Shown here: positions 27,823 through 38,085 of the stretch, piece by piece
Layout of the letters: each line of letters begins with the position of its first letter
Position numbering within the stretch: the stretch's first letter is position 1
From: Pseudomonadota bacterium
GTDB lineage: Bacteria; Bdellovibrionota_C; UBA2361; OMII01
DNA length: 64,000 bases
NCBI GenBank assembly: GCA_038134595.1
Contig: JAYPVM010000008.1
Location: 32,001-96,000, forward strand
Reading direction: 5' to 3'
Made by a program: the position numbers and the translations under genes
The notes under the pieces: generated by a model
What the model was told of the DNA's origin: nothing
Database searches by the model: none
What the model saw: only the letters and a program-made list of their open reading frames with translations

Positions 27823-30800
27823 CTACAGGGCAGGCGGGAGAACTACGATTTGGCTCAGCGACTTAGTTGATGGAGAAATTGCTTTGCTCGTAGTCCCTTG
27901 AGGTATGTGCCCGACATACAGCTTAGTTGACCTTTCATCGCTTATTGTATCAAACGGAGCTGGTTGTGTGCCAGATTGCTCAAACATCGGCATGAGGGCA
28001 GGAGAGAGGATTTTAAGGAGTTGTGTTGCCAGTGAGCTGGTAAAGTCATAGTTTTTCGCCTCTTCTCCGGGAACATGTGCCGACAACACGCCGAAGAATC
28101 TATCACCTATCCAAAATGTAAAGGTAGCAGTTCGATTAACGACACGAGATGTGAGGACTTTTCCACCAGGGCCGTATGTTTCAAAGCGATGATCCCCTGT
28201 TCCTGTCTTACCGCCAACTAGGAGAGGTGTTCCGTCTGAGCGTTTGAAGGCATGAAAGACACGACGACCAGTTCCAGATCGTACAACGTCGTGCATTACG
28301 TGCCGTAGTGCTCTTGCGACCTCGGGGCGTAAGACACGCACCCCTTCATTCGAGTCGTTACGTGTCAGAGAAACCTCGAAGGGAGTTTCGGAAGCAAGAT
28401 GAACCTCCTCTAATCGGACTAATGGATATTTGACTCCGTCGTTCATAATGATTCCAACGAGGTCAGCGAGTGCGATAGGACGATCTCCTGAGCTACCGAG
28501 CGCTGATGCGAGGGAGGGAACCATATAGTCAAAGGGATACCCTGTTTTTCGCCACTGTTCTAACACGTGCGTGAAGGACTCATGCTCGATGAGCGTTTGT
28601 ATTCTAATGTCTTGTGCTCTTGTTTGTGGTGTGTTGAACAGCCACATATATACATGCTGGCGAATTTTTGCGCTCTCAGTCAGGACAGATTTGAGGTTTG
28701 CGCGGGGCTTTTTAGTCAGGTGTCGAACAATCCAGAGCTCCAAGGGATGAACACGAGCAATAAAAGCTCGGTCGTTTAAGGAGTAGGCATCTGGTTTTAA
28801 TTCCTCATACCACTTTTCCAAAAGCTTTTCTGGGATTTCTGAGTTGGGATTTATCTTTGATAGAAAATCCTTCAGATGCGTGATGGATTCTTTCGGATGG
28901 ACAAAGCGAAACAGGGCAGCGGCTCGACGAGGCGTTGCTCGGGAGCTAGTTGCAAAATAATAGAGGCGGTTTTTTGGCGGGTGAGAGCGGTATTTCTCGT
29001 AGAATCTCCTTAAAAAAGTCTTGCCCTCTTTATCGGCAAATTGCGAGAGAAAATGAGTTCGCATTGCTCGTTCTCCATCCTCAGACTGCGTAGAGAATGA
29101 ACTTTGGATTTTGTGGGCATAGTACCGTGAGATATCCCGCATGAGCCGTACGAGGGGAAGGTTTATCGAATGAACTAATGAATCTCGTACAGTCGGGCGA
29201 CGAGAATCGTCTTTATCATCGAAGTTTTCAAATCGATGAATACCACCACCTGTGAAAAATGTTTCAGCCGGATTTGCTGAATACCGTCTATCAAGTGCTG
29301 CTTCAAGTAGGCTGTCGAGGGGTACGTTTTTGTTTCGAATAAATATGTATGCTACAAATCGTGATATTGGATCGAATGAATCACTTTTTACGAGAGCTTG
29401 TAGCTCCGCAGATGATTTCTTAGAGAGCTCTTTGTGAATTTCACTAACTATATCAAGATATGTTGTTACGGTTCGTAACTTTGCAGTTGATCCTAGATCA
29501 AGTCGGGAGCCCTCGTTTATGTTAAATGGATTATCAAAATTATCCGTCTGAACGCGAAGCAGGTTTGCTGTTCCTTTTTTCTCGAAGATGGTGAGACTGT
29601 ATATAACCTTTGAGGGATCCCCCTTAGCCAGGTTTCGGTACCCGTGTAATCCGAGTTGTTTGATTATTTGTGGGTCACCTAATTGGTTTAATATCCGAGT
29701 AACACGGCTTGTAGCTTGATTATCAATGGTGCTTTTTACCGTCATATCGACCTGGTCAAGGTCATAGAGACTTCGCATCTTTAGGAGGGGCAAGAGTCGG
29801 GTGCGAATTGCATTCGCGGCCTTTCGTTGAATAAAGGAATAACGGGCTCGTTGAGGTGCTGAGGTTCGTAACGAGAGGGGAAAGCCTTGCGCTTTCTTTT
29901 GTAAGGCTTCAGGAATAACATTCTCCTGAGCTAAGAGGGTAAGGTACGTATTGGTCAGTGTGTTGAGTTCGGAGATTCCCTTTAGAAGATAGAAGCTAGG
30001 TCTTCGATGAGCCAGAAAGAGACTTAATATTTGTTTGAAGTGTCTCGCTTGTGTATCCGAAATCACACGAGAGGAGGGTTTGATCTTTCGAACTAACCGA
30101 TTTGTTCGCTCAAAGCTCGTGCCGTACCACGCCCACAGTCCATCGCCAAGTCCGTGCACCTCGCCGTACTGTTTTACGGCAGCAAGTGGTATTGAGTTTA
30201 TATAATCTAGGATGAGACCTTTTCGAGCGTTCGATGTATTGCGTCCATTAAGATAGGATCGAATGCTCGCGGAGGCTATCTGGCGGAGTTTGTCTTGCAC
30301 TCCATGAGTTCGCCCCTCGAGTGAATGTCTGTATTTTTGTAGTTGGGTGGCGATCGTACTCCCTCCGGGAGCATTAATGCTCGGATCAAAGAGCTGTTTT
30401 GCCTTCTCAAGGATCGCTTTTATGAATCTATCCCATTCAATGGCAGGATTCTTATAGGCGTATCGAGCATTAAGAGCCTCCTTGTTTTCAATAAAGAGTA
30501 ACGACTGTAAAATAATTCTTGGAATATCCTCAAAGCGCTCATAGATTCTCTCTGGACGATACGCAGAGTAAATTGTTGTATTGTTTCTATCGAGGATAGT
30601 GATTCCTGTTTTTGTTTTTTCTTGGTACGGAGGATAGATGCCGTTTTGAATGAGTGTGAGCATCTCTGGAGAGAGGGAAGCTTGTTTCTCGATGGTGAAA
30701 TCTGTGTGCGTTAGGTAGTCAATGAGAGCGGGGATTTTTGTATACCCTAATCTCTGGTCGTAAGGACCGTGCGATGGATACCATGTATCTGAACTAGCCT

Positions 30801-31026
30801 GGTGTTGTACCGAGAAGGTGCTTTTCTTTGCGAGGTTGTGAAGGAGGTATGATTGCACCCGAGATGTTTTTATCTCATATCCAATTGAGCAAGTGAGCAT
30901 CAAGCCTAGCAGTGTTACCGGGATCAGCCGACGAATGACTTTGTGAGACCGTTGACCCACGTTGGCCGCCGAGTGAGCAAGAGGCTCACGCCGGAGAGGT
31001 CTATTGTTGTGATTCTCATCTGTCAC
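27823..31026 (-). CDS. Large class A penicillin-binding protein-like (transglycosylase + transpeptidase) with insertions
   Basis: N-terminal TM. Transglycosylase motifs FIEN, GGSTIATQL.KY, YINSIP. Transpeptidase motifs GSTAK (SxxK), SIN (SxN), GKTGT. Confidence 0.88.
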   Translation of the reverse strand: MTDENHNNRPLRREPLAHSAANVGQRSHKVIRRLIPVTLLGLMLTCSIGYEIKTSRVQSYLLHNLAKKSTFSVQHQASSDTWYPSHGPYDQRLGYTKIPALIDYLTHTDFTIEKQASLSPEMLTLIQNGIYPPYQEKTKTGITILDRNNTTIYSAYRPERIYERFEDIPRIILQSLLFIENKEALNARYAYKNPAIEWDRFIKAILEKAKQLFDPSINAPGGSTIATQLQKYRHSLEGRTHGVQDKLRQIASASIRSYLNGRNTSNARKGLILDYINSIPLAAVKQYGEVHGLGDGLWAWYGTSFERTNRLVRKIKPSSRVISDTQARHFKQILSLFLAHRRPSFYLLKGISELNTLTNTYLTLLAQENVIPEALQKKAQGFPLSLRTSAPQRARYSFIQRKAANAIRTRLLPLLKMRSLYDLDQVDMTVKSTIDNQATSRVTRILNQLGDPQIIKQLGLHGYRNLAKGDPSKVIYSLTIFEKKGTANLLRVQTDNFDNPFNINEGSRLDLGSTAKLRTVTTYLDIVSEIHKELSKKSSAELQALVKSDSFDPISRFVAYIFIRNKNVPLDSLLEAALDRRYSANPAETFFTGGGIHRFENFDDKDDSRRPTVRDSLVHSINLPLVRLMRDISRYYAHKIQSSFSTQSEDGERAMRTHFLSQFADKEGKTFLRRFYEKYRSHPPKNRLYYFATSSRATPRRAAALFRFVHPKESITHLKDFLSKINPNSEIPEKLLEKWYEELKPDAYSLNDRAFIARVHPLELWIVRHLTKKPRANLKSVLTESAKIRQHVYMWLFNTPQTRAQDIRIQTLIEHESFTHVLEQWRKTGYPFDYMVPSLASALGSSGDRPIALADLVGIIMNDGVKYPLVRLEEVHLASETPFEVSLTRNDSNEGVRVLRPEVARALRHVMHDVVRSGTGRRVFHAFKRSDGTPLLVGGKTGTGDHRFETYGPGGKVLTSRVVNRTATFTFWIGDRFFGVLSAHVPGEEAKNYDFTSSLATQLLKILSPALMPMFEQSGTQPAPFDTISDERSTKLYVGHIPQGTTSKAISPSTKSLSQIVVLPPAL

Positions 31027-31390
31027 GGTATGCTTGTGGGTGTTGCTAGCTCTTCTACTCTAAGATAGATGCTCCGGATTTCTTGTACGTTCCGAGTAAG
31101 TTAGCATACCTGTCATAAAATTAAGTGGCCAAAAATCATCCAAGGACTTGGTTGTTAAAACCGATAGGTTAGGAGGAGGAAGGGGGGGAGGGAGATTGCA
31201 TCGATTTTGAGGTGTATAAGTGCCTGAAGCTACGAATGCTTGGTGGTTGTTTTTGCTCAAAACTGGGTGTGCAAATGATGTTTCATCTCTTTAGACGAGT
31301 GCTAAGAGTATGGCAGACTCCAGCACCTGTTTCATTTTTTACCCTCTGAAAGTGTGGTGAATAGTTGTTTTGCTGACTATGATAAGAGAC

Positions 31391-32527
31391 ATGAACCATC
31401 GAGAATCACCTGAGTTTGTGCACCGACCTACCCGAATAGAGGTGTATAGAGAATCTTTGACAAACAATGTGAATGTCATTCGTAATCACGTTGGCTCTGC
31501 CAAAATTATGGCGGTTGTGAAAGCCAATGGCTATGGCCATGGGCTTGTCTCGGCGGCCTCGATACTCGCTTGTGCTGGTGTGGATTCATTTGGTGTTGCA
31601 TGTATTGAAGAGGCAATAGAGCTTCGTAAATCGGGAGTGACTCTTCCCATCCTTGTGTTTGGCGGGCTGATGCAGGATCAATTAGATTTATACCTTCAGT
31701 ATGATGTAGATGTAACAGCCTCTTCTGTCAGTAAATTAGAGCAGATAGAGCAATCAGCGCTTCAAGCTGGTAGGCGAGCTCGAGTTCATCTTAAAATCGA
31801 TACGGGCTTAGAGAGGATTGGAACTCACTATTATTCTGCAAAACCGCTCTTTGAATCGGCACTACGAGCTACAGGTTGTGATATTGTTGGTGTTTACTCT
31901 CATTTTGCAGACGTCAACTCATCGGACAATTCTCTGGCAAGGCTACAGCTGGAGCGATTCCTAGAATGCATGTACTTTTATTCAGAGCGTGCACGGGCTC
32001 CATTTGTAAGACACATTGCTAATTCCTCTGCCATTTTGGAGATGCCCGATAGTTGTTTGGATATGGTGCGGCCGGGGCTTCTTTTGTACGGGGTGACGCC
32101 ACATAAAGATCCAACGTGTCGATTAGATGTTTTGCCAACCCTCTGCCTTAAAAGTCACGTGGTGTATTTTAAAGTTGTTTTGCAGGGAGCTGGCGTTAGC
32201 TACGACCACAGCTGGCATGCTCCTCATGATACTCGGGTAGTAACGATTCCGATCGGATATGGAGATGGATTTTTGCGAGCGCTGTCGAACAAGGGGCATA
32301 TTCTAGTTGGGGGCAAGCGGTGCCCCATTATTGGTAAGATATGTATGGATCAGTTGATGGTTGATCTAGGGCCGTGTGGTGAGGCGTACAATGGAGATGA
32401 GGTGGTTCTTATTGGTAGGCAGGGTGAGAGTGATATTACGGTAAATGATCTCGCTGATTTGCTCGATACAACGCCTCATGAAATTTTAGTTTCTCTCAAT
32501 CAAAGAGTTCCTCGTATAGTAATGTAG
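31391..32527 (+). CDS. alr: Alanine racemase
   Basis: MAVVKANGYGHG (PLP lysine), HLKIDTG, GYGDG, GKICMDQ. Confidence 0.96.
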   Translation: MNHRESPEFVHRPTRIEVYRESLTNNVNVIRNHVGSAKIMAVVKANGYGHGLVSAASILACAGVDSFGVACIEEAIELRKSGVTLPILVFGGLMQDQLDLYLQYDVDVTASSVSKLEQIEQSALQAGRRARVHLKIDTGLERIGTHYYSAKPLFESALRATGCDIVGVYSHFADVNSSDNSLARLQLERFLECMYFYSERARAPFVRHIANSSAILEMPDSCLDMVRPGLLLYGVTPHKDPTCRLDVLPTLCLKSHVVYFKVVLQGAGVSYDHSWHAPHDTRVVTIPIGYGDGFLRALSNKGHILVGGKRCPIIGKICMDQLMVDLGPCGEAYNGDEVVLIGRQGESDITVNDLADLLDTTPHEILVSLNQRVPRIVM

Positions 32528-32544
32528 GAAGAAATTGGCGTGGA

Positions 32545-33333
32545 TTAGTGTGGTGCCGCTCGGTGTCGCACGCTGAGAATCGCACTTACGACGGCCAACT
32601 CCGACCGCAGTGTTGCGCTACCGAGTGAGAGGGGAGTGAACCCCTTTTCGTCAATTAAAGCTTGAGATTCTTCCGGAGCGAAGTCACCTTCAGGGCCAAC
32701 GGCAATTATGGCCGCTTGGAGTCCTGTAGGGTCGGCAATAGCGCTCTGCAGTGTGCTTGCATGTGATTCAAGAGAGCAGATTAGGCGGGTGTCAGGTATG
32801 GAGGCTTCTATTGAGGTGAGTGCCTCTGCAAGAGATAGGTGCACTGATACGGAGGGAAGAATGGTTTGTTTGCTCTGTTGGGCCGCGCTTTGAGCTATCT
32901 TCTGATAGCGCTCTTCTTTTCGTTTTGCATCAATACTGTTTTTTAAGCGAAGCACACTCCGACTCGACTGCCAGAATAGTATCTGAGAACAGCCGAGTTC
33001 TGTTGCCCAATCCACTATTAATTCGTTTTTTTGTCCTTTGCAAAGAGCGATGAGAAGTCGTACATCGATGGCAATATTGCTACGAGTATTTTCGAGGGGG
33101 CGTAGGAGTTTAATTGATGCGATGTTGTTGTGGTTACACAGTATCCCCTCTGCCAGTTCGCTTGTGTCGGCACATACTACGTCAAGAGATGTGTCATACG
33201 GAAGTCGCAGGACGTTTAGAAGATGGTGAGCGTCTTCTGGTGGGAGTGGGATTATCTGAGGATTTGTATCGTCAAAACGAAAAAAAACGCCCCTCAAAAA
33301 CAACCGTTGCTTTTGAGGGGCGCGAAGAGACAT
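32545..33333 (-). CDS. rsmE: 16S rRNA m3U1498 methyltransferase RsmE
   Basis: HHLLNVLR, ATELG, AAQQS, VGPEGDF, SLG..TLRSELA. Confidence 0.92.
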   Translation of the reverse strand: MSLRAPQKQRLFLRGVFFRFDDTNPQIIPLPPEDAHHLLNVLRLPYDTSLDVVCADTSELAEGILCNHNNIASIKLLRPLENTRSNIAIDVRLLIALCKGQKNELIVDWATELGCSQILFWQSSRSVLRLKNSIDAKRKEERYQKIAQSAAQQSKQTILPSVSVHLSLAEALTSIEASIPDTRLICSLESHASTLQSAIADPTGLQAAIIAVGPEGDFAPEESQALIDEKGFTPLSLGSATLRSELAVVSAILSVRHRAAPH

Positions 33334-33350
33334 AGTTGTCTTTTTCTACT

Positions 33351-33962
33351 TTATTTCTTTTTGAGGCCGAGCTGATCAAGGCGTTCTGCAAGGTAAGGAA
33401 TCTTGTCATATCCAACGATTCGCTCACCGCTTTCGAACACAAACGTTGGAGTATCGAATACGCCGAGCTTGCGTCCACGTTTGTAGAGGCCCTTGACGCG
33501 CTCTCGCGTGTCAGAGGATGAAACTTTACTCAGGAAGTCTCCGAGATCAATATCGAGGTCTTCGCAAAGCTCGGTCATAAAGGTGTCCTCGTTTGGATTC
33601 TCTCCAAGACCCCACCATTTATCAAATACCTTAACGTTGTACTCCATAAGCACGCCGAGATCGTTTGCAATGAGTGCGCCCCGCGTGATTCGTGCTGGAT
33701 CGAACTCAACCTCTGGCCACGTATCAGGGTATGTTAGTGCTAAGCCCCGGTCTGCGGCTATGCGCTTGGTGTCTTCGTAAAGATACGAGAGCTTGTCTGG
33801 CAATACGCCCATCTGCGGTACGGGATTGCCCGAAGCTTTTGCCGAGAAGGGTTGCCACAATAGATCTACATCGTACTTGTCCTGGATCTCATAGAGCGGA
33901 TCGAGTGCAAGGTATGAATAAGGACTTTGGAATGAATAGAATATCTCTACGTTAACGGTCAT
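33351..33962 (-). CDS. DsbA-family / 2-hydroxychromene-2-carboxylate isomerase (kappa GST-like)
   Basis: FYSFQSPYSYLA at the N-terminus and GVFDTPTF near the C-terminus. Confidence 0.88.
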   Translation of the reverse strand: MTVNVEIFYSFQSPYSYLALDPLYEIQDKYDVDLLWQPFSAKASGNPVPQMGVLPDKLSYLYEDTKRIAADRGLALTYPDTWPEVEFDPARITRGALIANDLGVLMEYNVKVFDKWWGLGENPNEDTFMTELCEDLDIDLGDFLSKVSSSDTRERVKGLYKRGRKLGVFDTPTFVFESGERIVGYDKIPYLAERLDQLGLKKK

Positions 33963-34357
33963 AATAAATTCTCAGTAACACATTATCTATCAGTGGTTTA
34001 CAGCCGTGCACACGCACCTGTGCCCCCGCACATCACTGGCTGCATCAATCGGCTTGGCGTTGAGGCGGTCGCGGGCTAACTGCTCCAAGGTCATGCCATC
34101 TAAAATCAGACAGCATCTGGCAGAAAGGGCACCCAAGGTGTGGTGTAAACCATCGAAACTGTAATGAAAGGTAGTCCTTCTGGGAGAAGTTTGCAAGGAT
34201 AGATTGGTAATATTTCGGGGGCACGCTTGTCATGAGTAGTCGCAAGGCTAGTTATCTGATAGGCTGAGAAAAAACGTCGTGCAGTATCAGTTATTTAGGT
34301 GATTAATAGACTTAGCTGGACGAGTGCCCTGAGGGATGCAGATAAACGGAGTGTAAG

Positions 34358-35266
34358 GTGTCGATTGTAGGACTTTTGGGTAAGAACGGCGCAGATAAAC
34401 ACGGGGATAGTAAGCCGTTGTTGTGCCTTGAGGTTAACCCACCACGAGGTGTCGATGTTGAGCCAGTCTTGGCCCGCTGTGAGCAGGCTGAAGGGGTCGA
34501 TTTCTTTAATGTCACTGATTCTGCATTGGCTAAAATGAAGCTTTCGGGATTGGCATTTGGGGCGTTGCTCAAGGAGCGTCTTGGGACCGAGCCAGTTGTA
34601 AACGTATCATGTCGAGATAGAAATGTGATTGCTCTTCAGGGCGATCTTTTGGGCGCATGGGCGCTTGGAGTGAGGTCGATAGTTGCTTTGACTGGTGATG
34701 CCGTTACTGTGGGTGATTTGCCCGATGCTAAGGGTGTTTTCGAGGTCAACTCAATTGGACTTTTAAATCTCATCGATGGGTTGAATCGAGGTGTAGACCT
34801 TGCTGGTGCCAAGCTAAAGGGGGCAACTGATTTTGTGCCGGGAGTTGTTGTGAACCCAAATGCAAGAAATCACAACGCTGAAATTAGGCGACTTACGAGA
34901 AAGCGCGAAGCGGGAGGAAGGTACGCCCTTAGTCAGCCAGTTTTTGATGCAGACCAGGCCGAAAGTTTCTTTAGAGAAGCGCAGGCCGCCGATATCGGTC
35001 TCTTTGTTGGGCTCTTGCCCTGTGGGACGGCAAGAGCGTTTCAAGCAATGGCGAGTATTCCGGGCATCCGCGTTCCCGAACAGGTTTTAGATAAGGTAGC
35101 CACATTGGCGGATGAAGATGTTCCAAAGTATTCTGCTGATTTGGCTATGGGGATAGCTGACCGAGTGAGGCCATATGTGCGGGGATTTCACGTCATAAGT
35201 GGAGGCTCTCCAAAGCTTGCGATAGAGCTGTGCAATCGGCTATCGTCATGGATAGGAACGTTATAG
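34358..35266 (+). CDS. metF: Methylenetetrahydrofolate reductase (stand-alone, YitJ C-domain-like)
   Basis: EVNPPRG, NVTD, SCRDRNVIALQGDLLGA, ALTGD, SQPVFD. Confidence 0.85.
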   Translation: MSIVGLLGKNGADKHGDSKPLLCLEVNPPRGVDVEPVLARCEQAEGVDFFNVTDSALAKMKLSGLAFGALLKERLGTEPVVNVSCRDRNVIALQGDLLGAWALGVRSIVALTGDAVTVGDLPDAKGVFEVNSIGLLNLIDGLNRGVDLAGAKLKGATDFVPGVVVNPNARNHNAEIRRLTRKREAGGRYALSQPVFDADQAESFFREAQAADIGLFVGLLPCGTARAFQAMASIPGIRVPEQVLDKVATLADEDVPKYSADLAMGIADRVRPYVRGFHVISGGSPKLAIELCNRLSSWIGTL

Positions 35267-35290
35267 GTGAGAGTATAGGAGCACGGACTG

Positions 35291-35875
35291 ATGAAGCGAC
35301 GAGAAGAGATGACCTTGCTGGAAAAGATCTACGTGGTTGAAATCGCGCGGGGATTAAAGGTCACGTTCGGGAAATTATTTAGAAACTTCTGGTTGCACGT
35401 TTTGCGTGCCTTTGGAGTTGCTACTGATGAATCGCCATCAGCCGCGATTCAATATCCGAATGAGCGACGAGCGTATCCTGAACGCTATCGGGGGCGACAT
35501 CGATTGACCCTCTATCCAAATGGAGATGTTAAATGCACGTCTTGTTTCTTGTGTGCTACGGCGTGTCCTGCAAAGTGTATTTACATTGAGCCCCAAGAGC
35601 ATGCAGATCCTGAGGTTGAAAAGCTTCCTAAGCGCTATGAGATAGACACCCTTCTGTGTATCTACTGTGGCTACTGTGTAGAGGCGTGTCCAGTTGATGC
35701 AATAAGAATGGATACAGGGCTCCACCCAGAGGTGTATCCCCCCGATCCGCGTTTATTTATAGAAGACAAGGAAACTCTAATGGAGCGTTCGCGAGTTCTT
35801 GATGAACAGGGAGCTGAGCGGCTCTACGATCTGCATATGAAGCGGATGCAGGAGCTTGAGAAGGTCACGCTTTGA
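35291..35875 (+). CDS. nuoI: NADH-quinone oxidoreductase subunit I (orphan copy)
   Basis: QYPNE, RYRGRHRL, CTSCFLCATACPAKCI, CIYCGYCVEACPVDAI. Confidence 0.9.
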   Translation: MKRREEMTLLEKIYVVEIARGLKVTFGKLFRNFWLHVLRAFGVATDESPSAAIQYPNERRAYPERYRGRHRLTLYPNGDVKCTSCFLCATACPAKCIYIEPQEHADPEVEKLPKRYEIDTLLCIYCGYCVEACPVDAIRMDTGLHPEVYPPDPRLFIEDKETLMERSRVLDEQGAERLYDLHMKRMQELEKVTL

Positions 35876-37134
35876 TGATGGGTGTGCGGTTTGCGCTCCT
35901 TTTTCTCTGCGGAGTCATTACACATTGCTTAGGGGTGTCATCGGTAGCAGCAGAGCAGTCGGAGTCTGATGGTTCCTTAGTAGACAGGCTTGATGCTGTC
36001 TCTGTGGATCGATATCGAGATAGACTTCCTCACGAGCTCTACGTTCAGGTGAAGCGAGACAAGGCATCTTTTGCTATCGGTAAGACTTCTGTTCCCAAAG
36101 CATCCTATACCAGTTCAAAAGCTGCTGCCCCGATAAAATATGAGCTCTCTGAAGAAGGTGTTTTTTCGGCACCGGAAAAGGTGTCGTTTTCACACGCGGT
36201 GTTTGCCTCAGCTAATCTCGATCGAGGTAGTCTTGAGGCTCGGGGATATCAGATTTTATGGAACGCAAGTTCTGCATTGTGGCATCATCCAAGGATATCC
36301 CTTGAGAGTTCAGTGTATATGCACCGAGCAGGGGATGAGGAACCTAACCGGCTGGTGGTTCGGCTTGAACGGATACATCCATCGCTTTATCCAGATACGC
36401 CGGGCACGTTGGTACCGATATTTCGTGAAAAGATACAGCTTGTAAAGCCCCAAGCCCTGTCTACTCTGTCGTGGTTGACACTTCGTTTTTTTGGCTCGAG
36501 CGAGGACTATGTATGGGTGAGTTCTCCCGCGATTAAAAAAATTCGGCAGATAACTGGCAGTAATAGGGATGACCCTATGTTTGAAGCAATGCTTGCCCCA
36601 AATGATTTTCTCGTCTGGTCTGGTAAGGTTGAAGGTGTAAAGCCGCTTGCGGTTGAGACAGCAAGGGTTTTAGTGCCGGTATATGAGGGAGAGGTAAAAA
36701 AGGGATCTGGTGATGTGAACTGTCGAGCCTATGATTTTGGAGATGATTTTAGTCGTTATCATCATAGTAGTAACTGGCTTCCGAATAGTGTGAAGTTCTA
36801 CGAGCGAGAAGTTTGGAAAGTAGAGTTGGGAACTCTTGATCCATACTCAAACGATGCACAACAAGTTATCTATTTTGATAAAGAGTCTAATTTGCCAGTT
36901 TATGCGACAAGTTATTCAATAAGCGGCGCATTTCGTAGGTTTCGTATGGGAGTTCTTGGTGTTGTTGGTAGCGGCAAGGACAGGGGGCCACTCATTGTTG
37001 GGCAGATTGTTACTTCTATCCAAGGCTGGAGGATCGCGGTAAATACCGAACATGTATCATTGTGCGGTGCCGAGGATAGTAAGACAGTTTTGGCTGATTT
37101 TGACCCAGCGAGCTTTATTTCTTTTAAATCATAG
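35872..37134 (+). CDS. Exported protein, DUF1329 / LolA-like lipoprotein-sorting fold (tentative)
   Basis: Signal peptide. WVSSPAIKKIRQITGSNRDD and REVWKVE..DPY..VIYFDKES resemble DUF1329 motifs. Confidence 0.6.
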   Translation: MMMGVRFALLFLCGVITHCLGVSSVAAEQSESDGSLVDRLDAVSVDRYRDRLPHELYVQVKRDKASFAIGKTSVPKASYTSSKAAAPIKYELSEEGVFSAPEKVSFSHAVFASANLDRGSLEARGYQILWNASSALWHHPRISLESSVYMHRAGDEEPNRLVVRLERIHPSLYPDTPGTLVPIFREKIQLVKPQALSTLSWLTLRFFGSSEDYVWVSSPAIKKIRQITGSNRDDPMFEAMLAPNDFLVWSGKVEGVKPLAVETARVLVPVYEGEVKKGSGDVNCRAYDFGDDFSRYHHSSNWLPNSVKFYEREVWKVELGTLDPYSNDAQQVIYFDKESNLPVYATSYSISGAFRRFRMGVLGVVGSGKDRGPLIVGQIVTSIQGWRIAVNTEHVSLCGAEDSKTVLADFDPASFISFKS

Positions 37135-37183
37135 TGTGGTTGGGATATACTTTCCCGTGGATTTTTGAAGTGAGAATCGGTGT

Positions 37184-38059
37184 ATGTCAACTACCGCAAA
37201 GCAAAATAAGATTGAGCACTTTCTTGGTAGGGGAGGAATGCGGTGTGTTCGGCTCGTACATCCTTTAGGCGGCGAGGTTGTCGTCAGTGAGTACGGTGCG
37301 CAAGTTTTATCGTGGGTTAGCCCTGCGGGACGGGAAGTTTTGTTTCTGAGTGAAAATGCTATCTTTGAAGATGGACATCCGATTCGGGGAGGGATTCCTA
37401 TAGTTTTTCCTCAATTCAATCAGCGAGGCAGTCTCCCTCGACACGGCTTTGCTCGAACAAAACCATGGAGCATCGTTCGCCAGACCGTATCGAATGCCGA
37501 TGCAGTATCGGTTACATTAAGACTTGAACCTGATGCAGATATTCGAGCGTTGTGGCCCCATGACTTCGTACTTGAATTGGATATCGTCTTAAGTGACGTC
37601 CTTTTGTTAGCGATGCGGGTTGAAAATAGGGGCGAAGATTCATTTTCATACTCCAATGCACTGCACACTTATTTACGAGTAAACGACATCTCGCAGACAA
37701 GCATTACTGGGCTAAAGGGATTTGTTGTTGAGGACTTTCTCGATGGTAACAATCGATTTATTGAGGAGCGAGAGCGTGTTGTTATCGATGGTGCCGTGGA
37801 TCGGGTATACAACGGCTCCTCTCAGGTAATTACTATTTCTGATAAGGCGGTTCCGTTCAAACACACTCTAGTCAAGGAGGGGTTTCCGGATGCGGTGATT
37901 TGGAACCCGGGATTAGAGGGCGCGCGCGAGATTCCGGACATGGCGGACCACGAGTATACTTCAATGATCTGTGTGGAATCAGGTTGTGTGATTGAGCCTC
38001 AAGCAGTTGCGCCGGGCGAGACAAAAGTTCATGTTCAGATCATGCGAGTCGTTCAATAA
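37184..38059 (+). CDS. D-hexose-6-phosphate mutarotase (aldose 1-epimerase family)
   Basis: GAQVLSW, IRGGIPIVFPQF, HGFAR, ALHTYL, DRVY, VIWNPG, MICVE. Confidence 0.93.
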   Translation: MSTTAKQNKIEHFLGRGGMRCVRLVHPLGGEVVVSEYGAQVLSWVSPAGREVLFLSENAIFEDGHPIRGGIPIVFPQFNQRGSLPRHGFARTKPWSIVRQTVSNADAVSVTLRLEPDADIRALWPHDFVLELDIVLSDVLLLAMRVENRGEDSFSYSNALHTYLRVNDISQTSITGLKGFVVEDFLDGNNRFIEERERVVIDGAVDRVYNGSSQVITISDKAVPFKHTLVKEGFPDAVIWNPGLEGAREIPDMADHEYTSMICVESGCVIEPQAVAPGETKVHVQIMRVVQ

Positions 38060-38085
38060 GCTTGTTGTACTCGATGATTGAAGCG

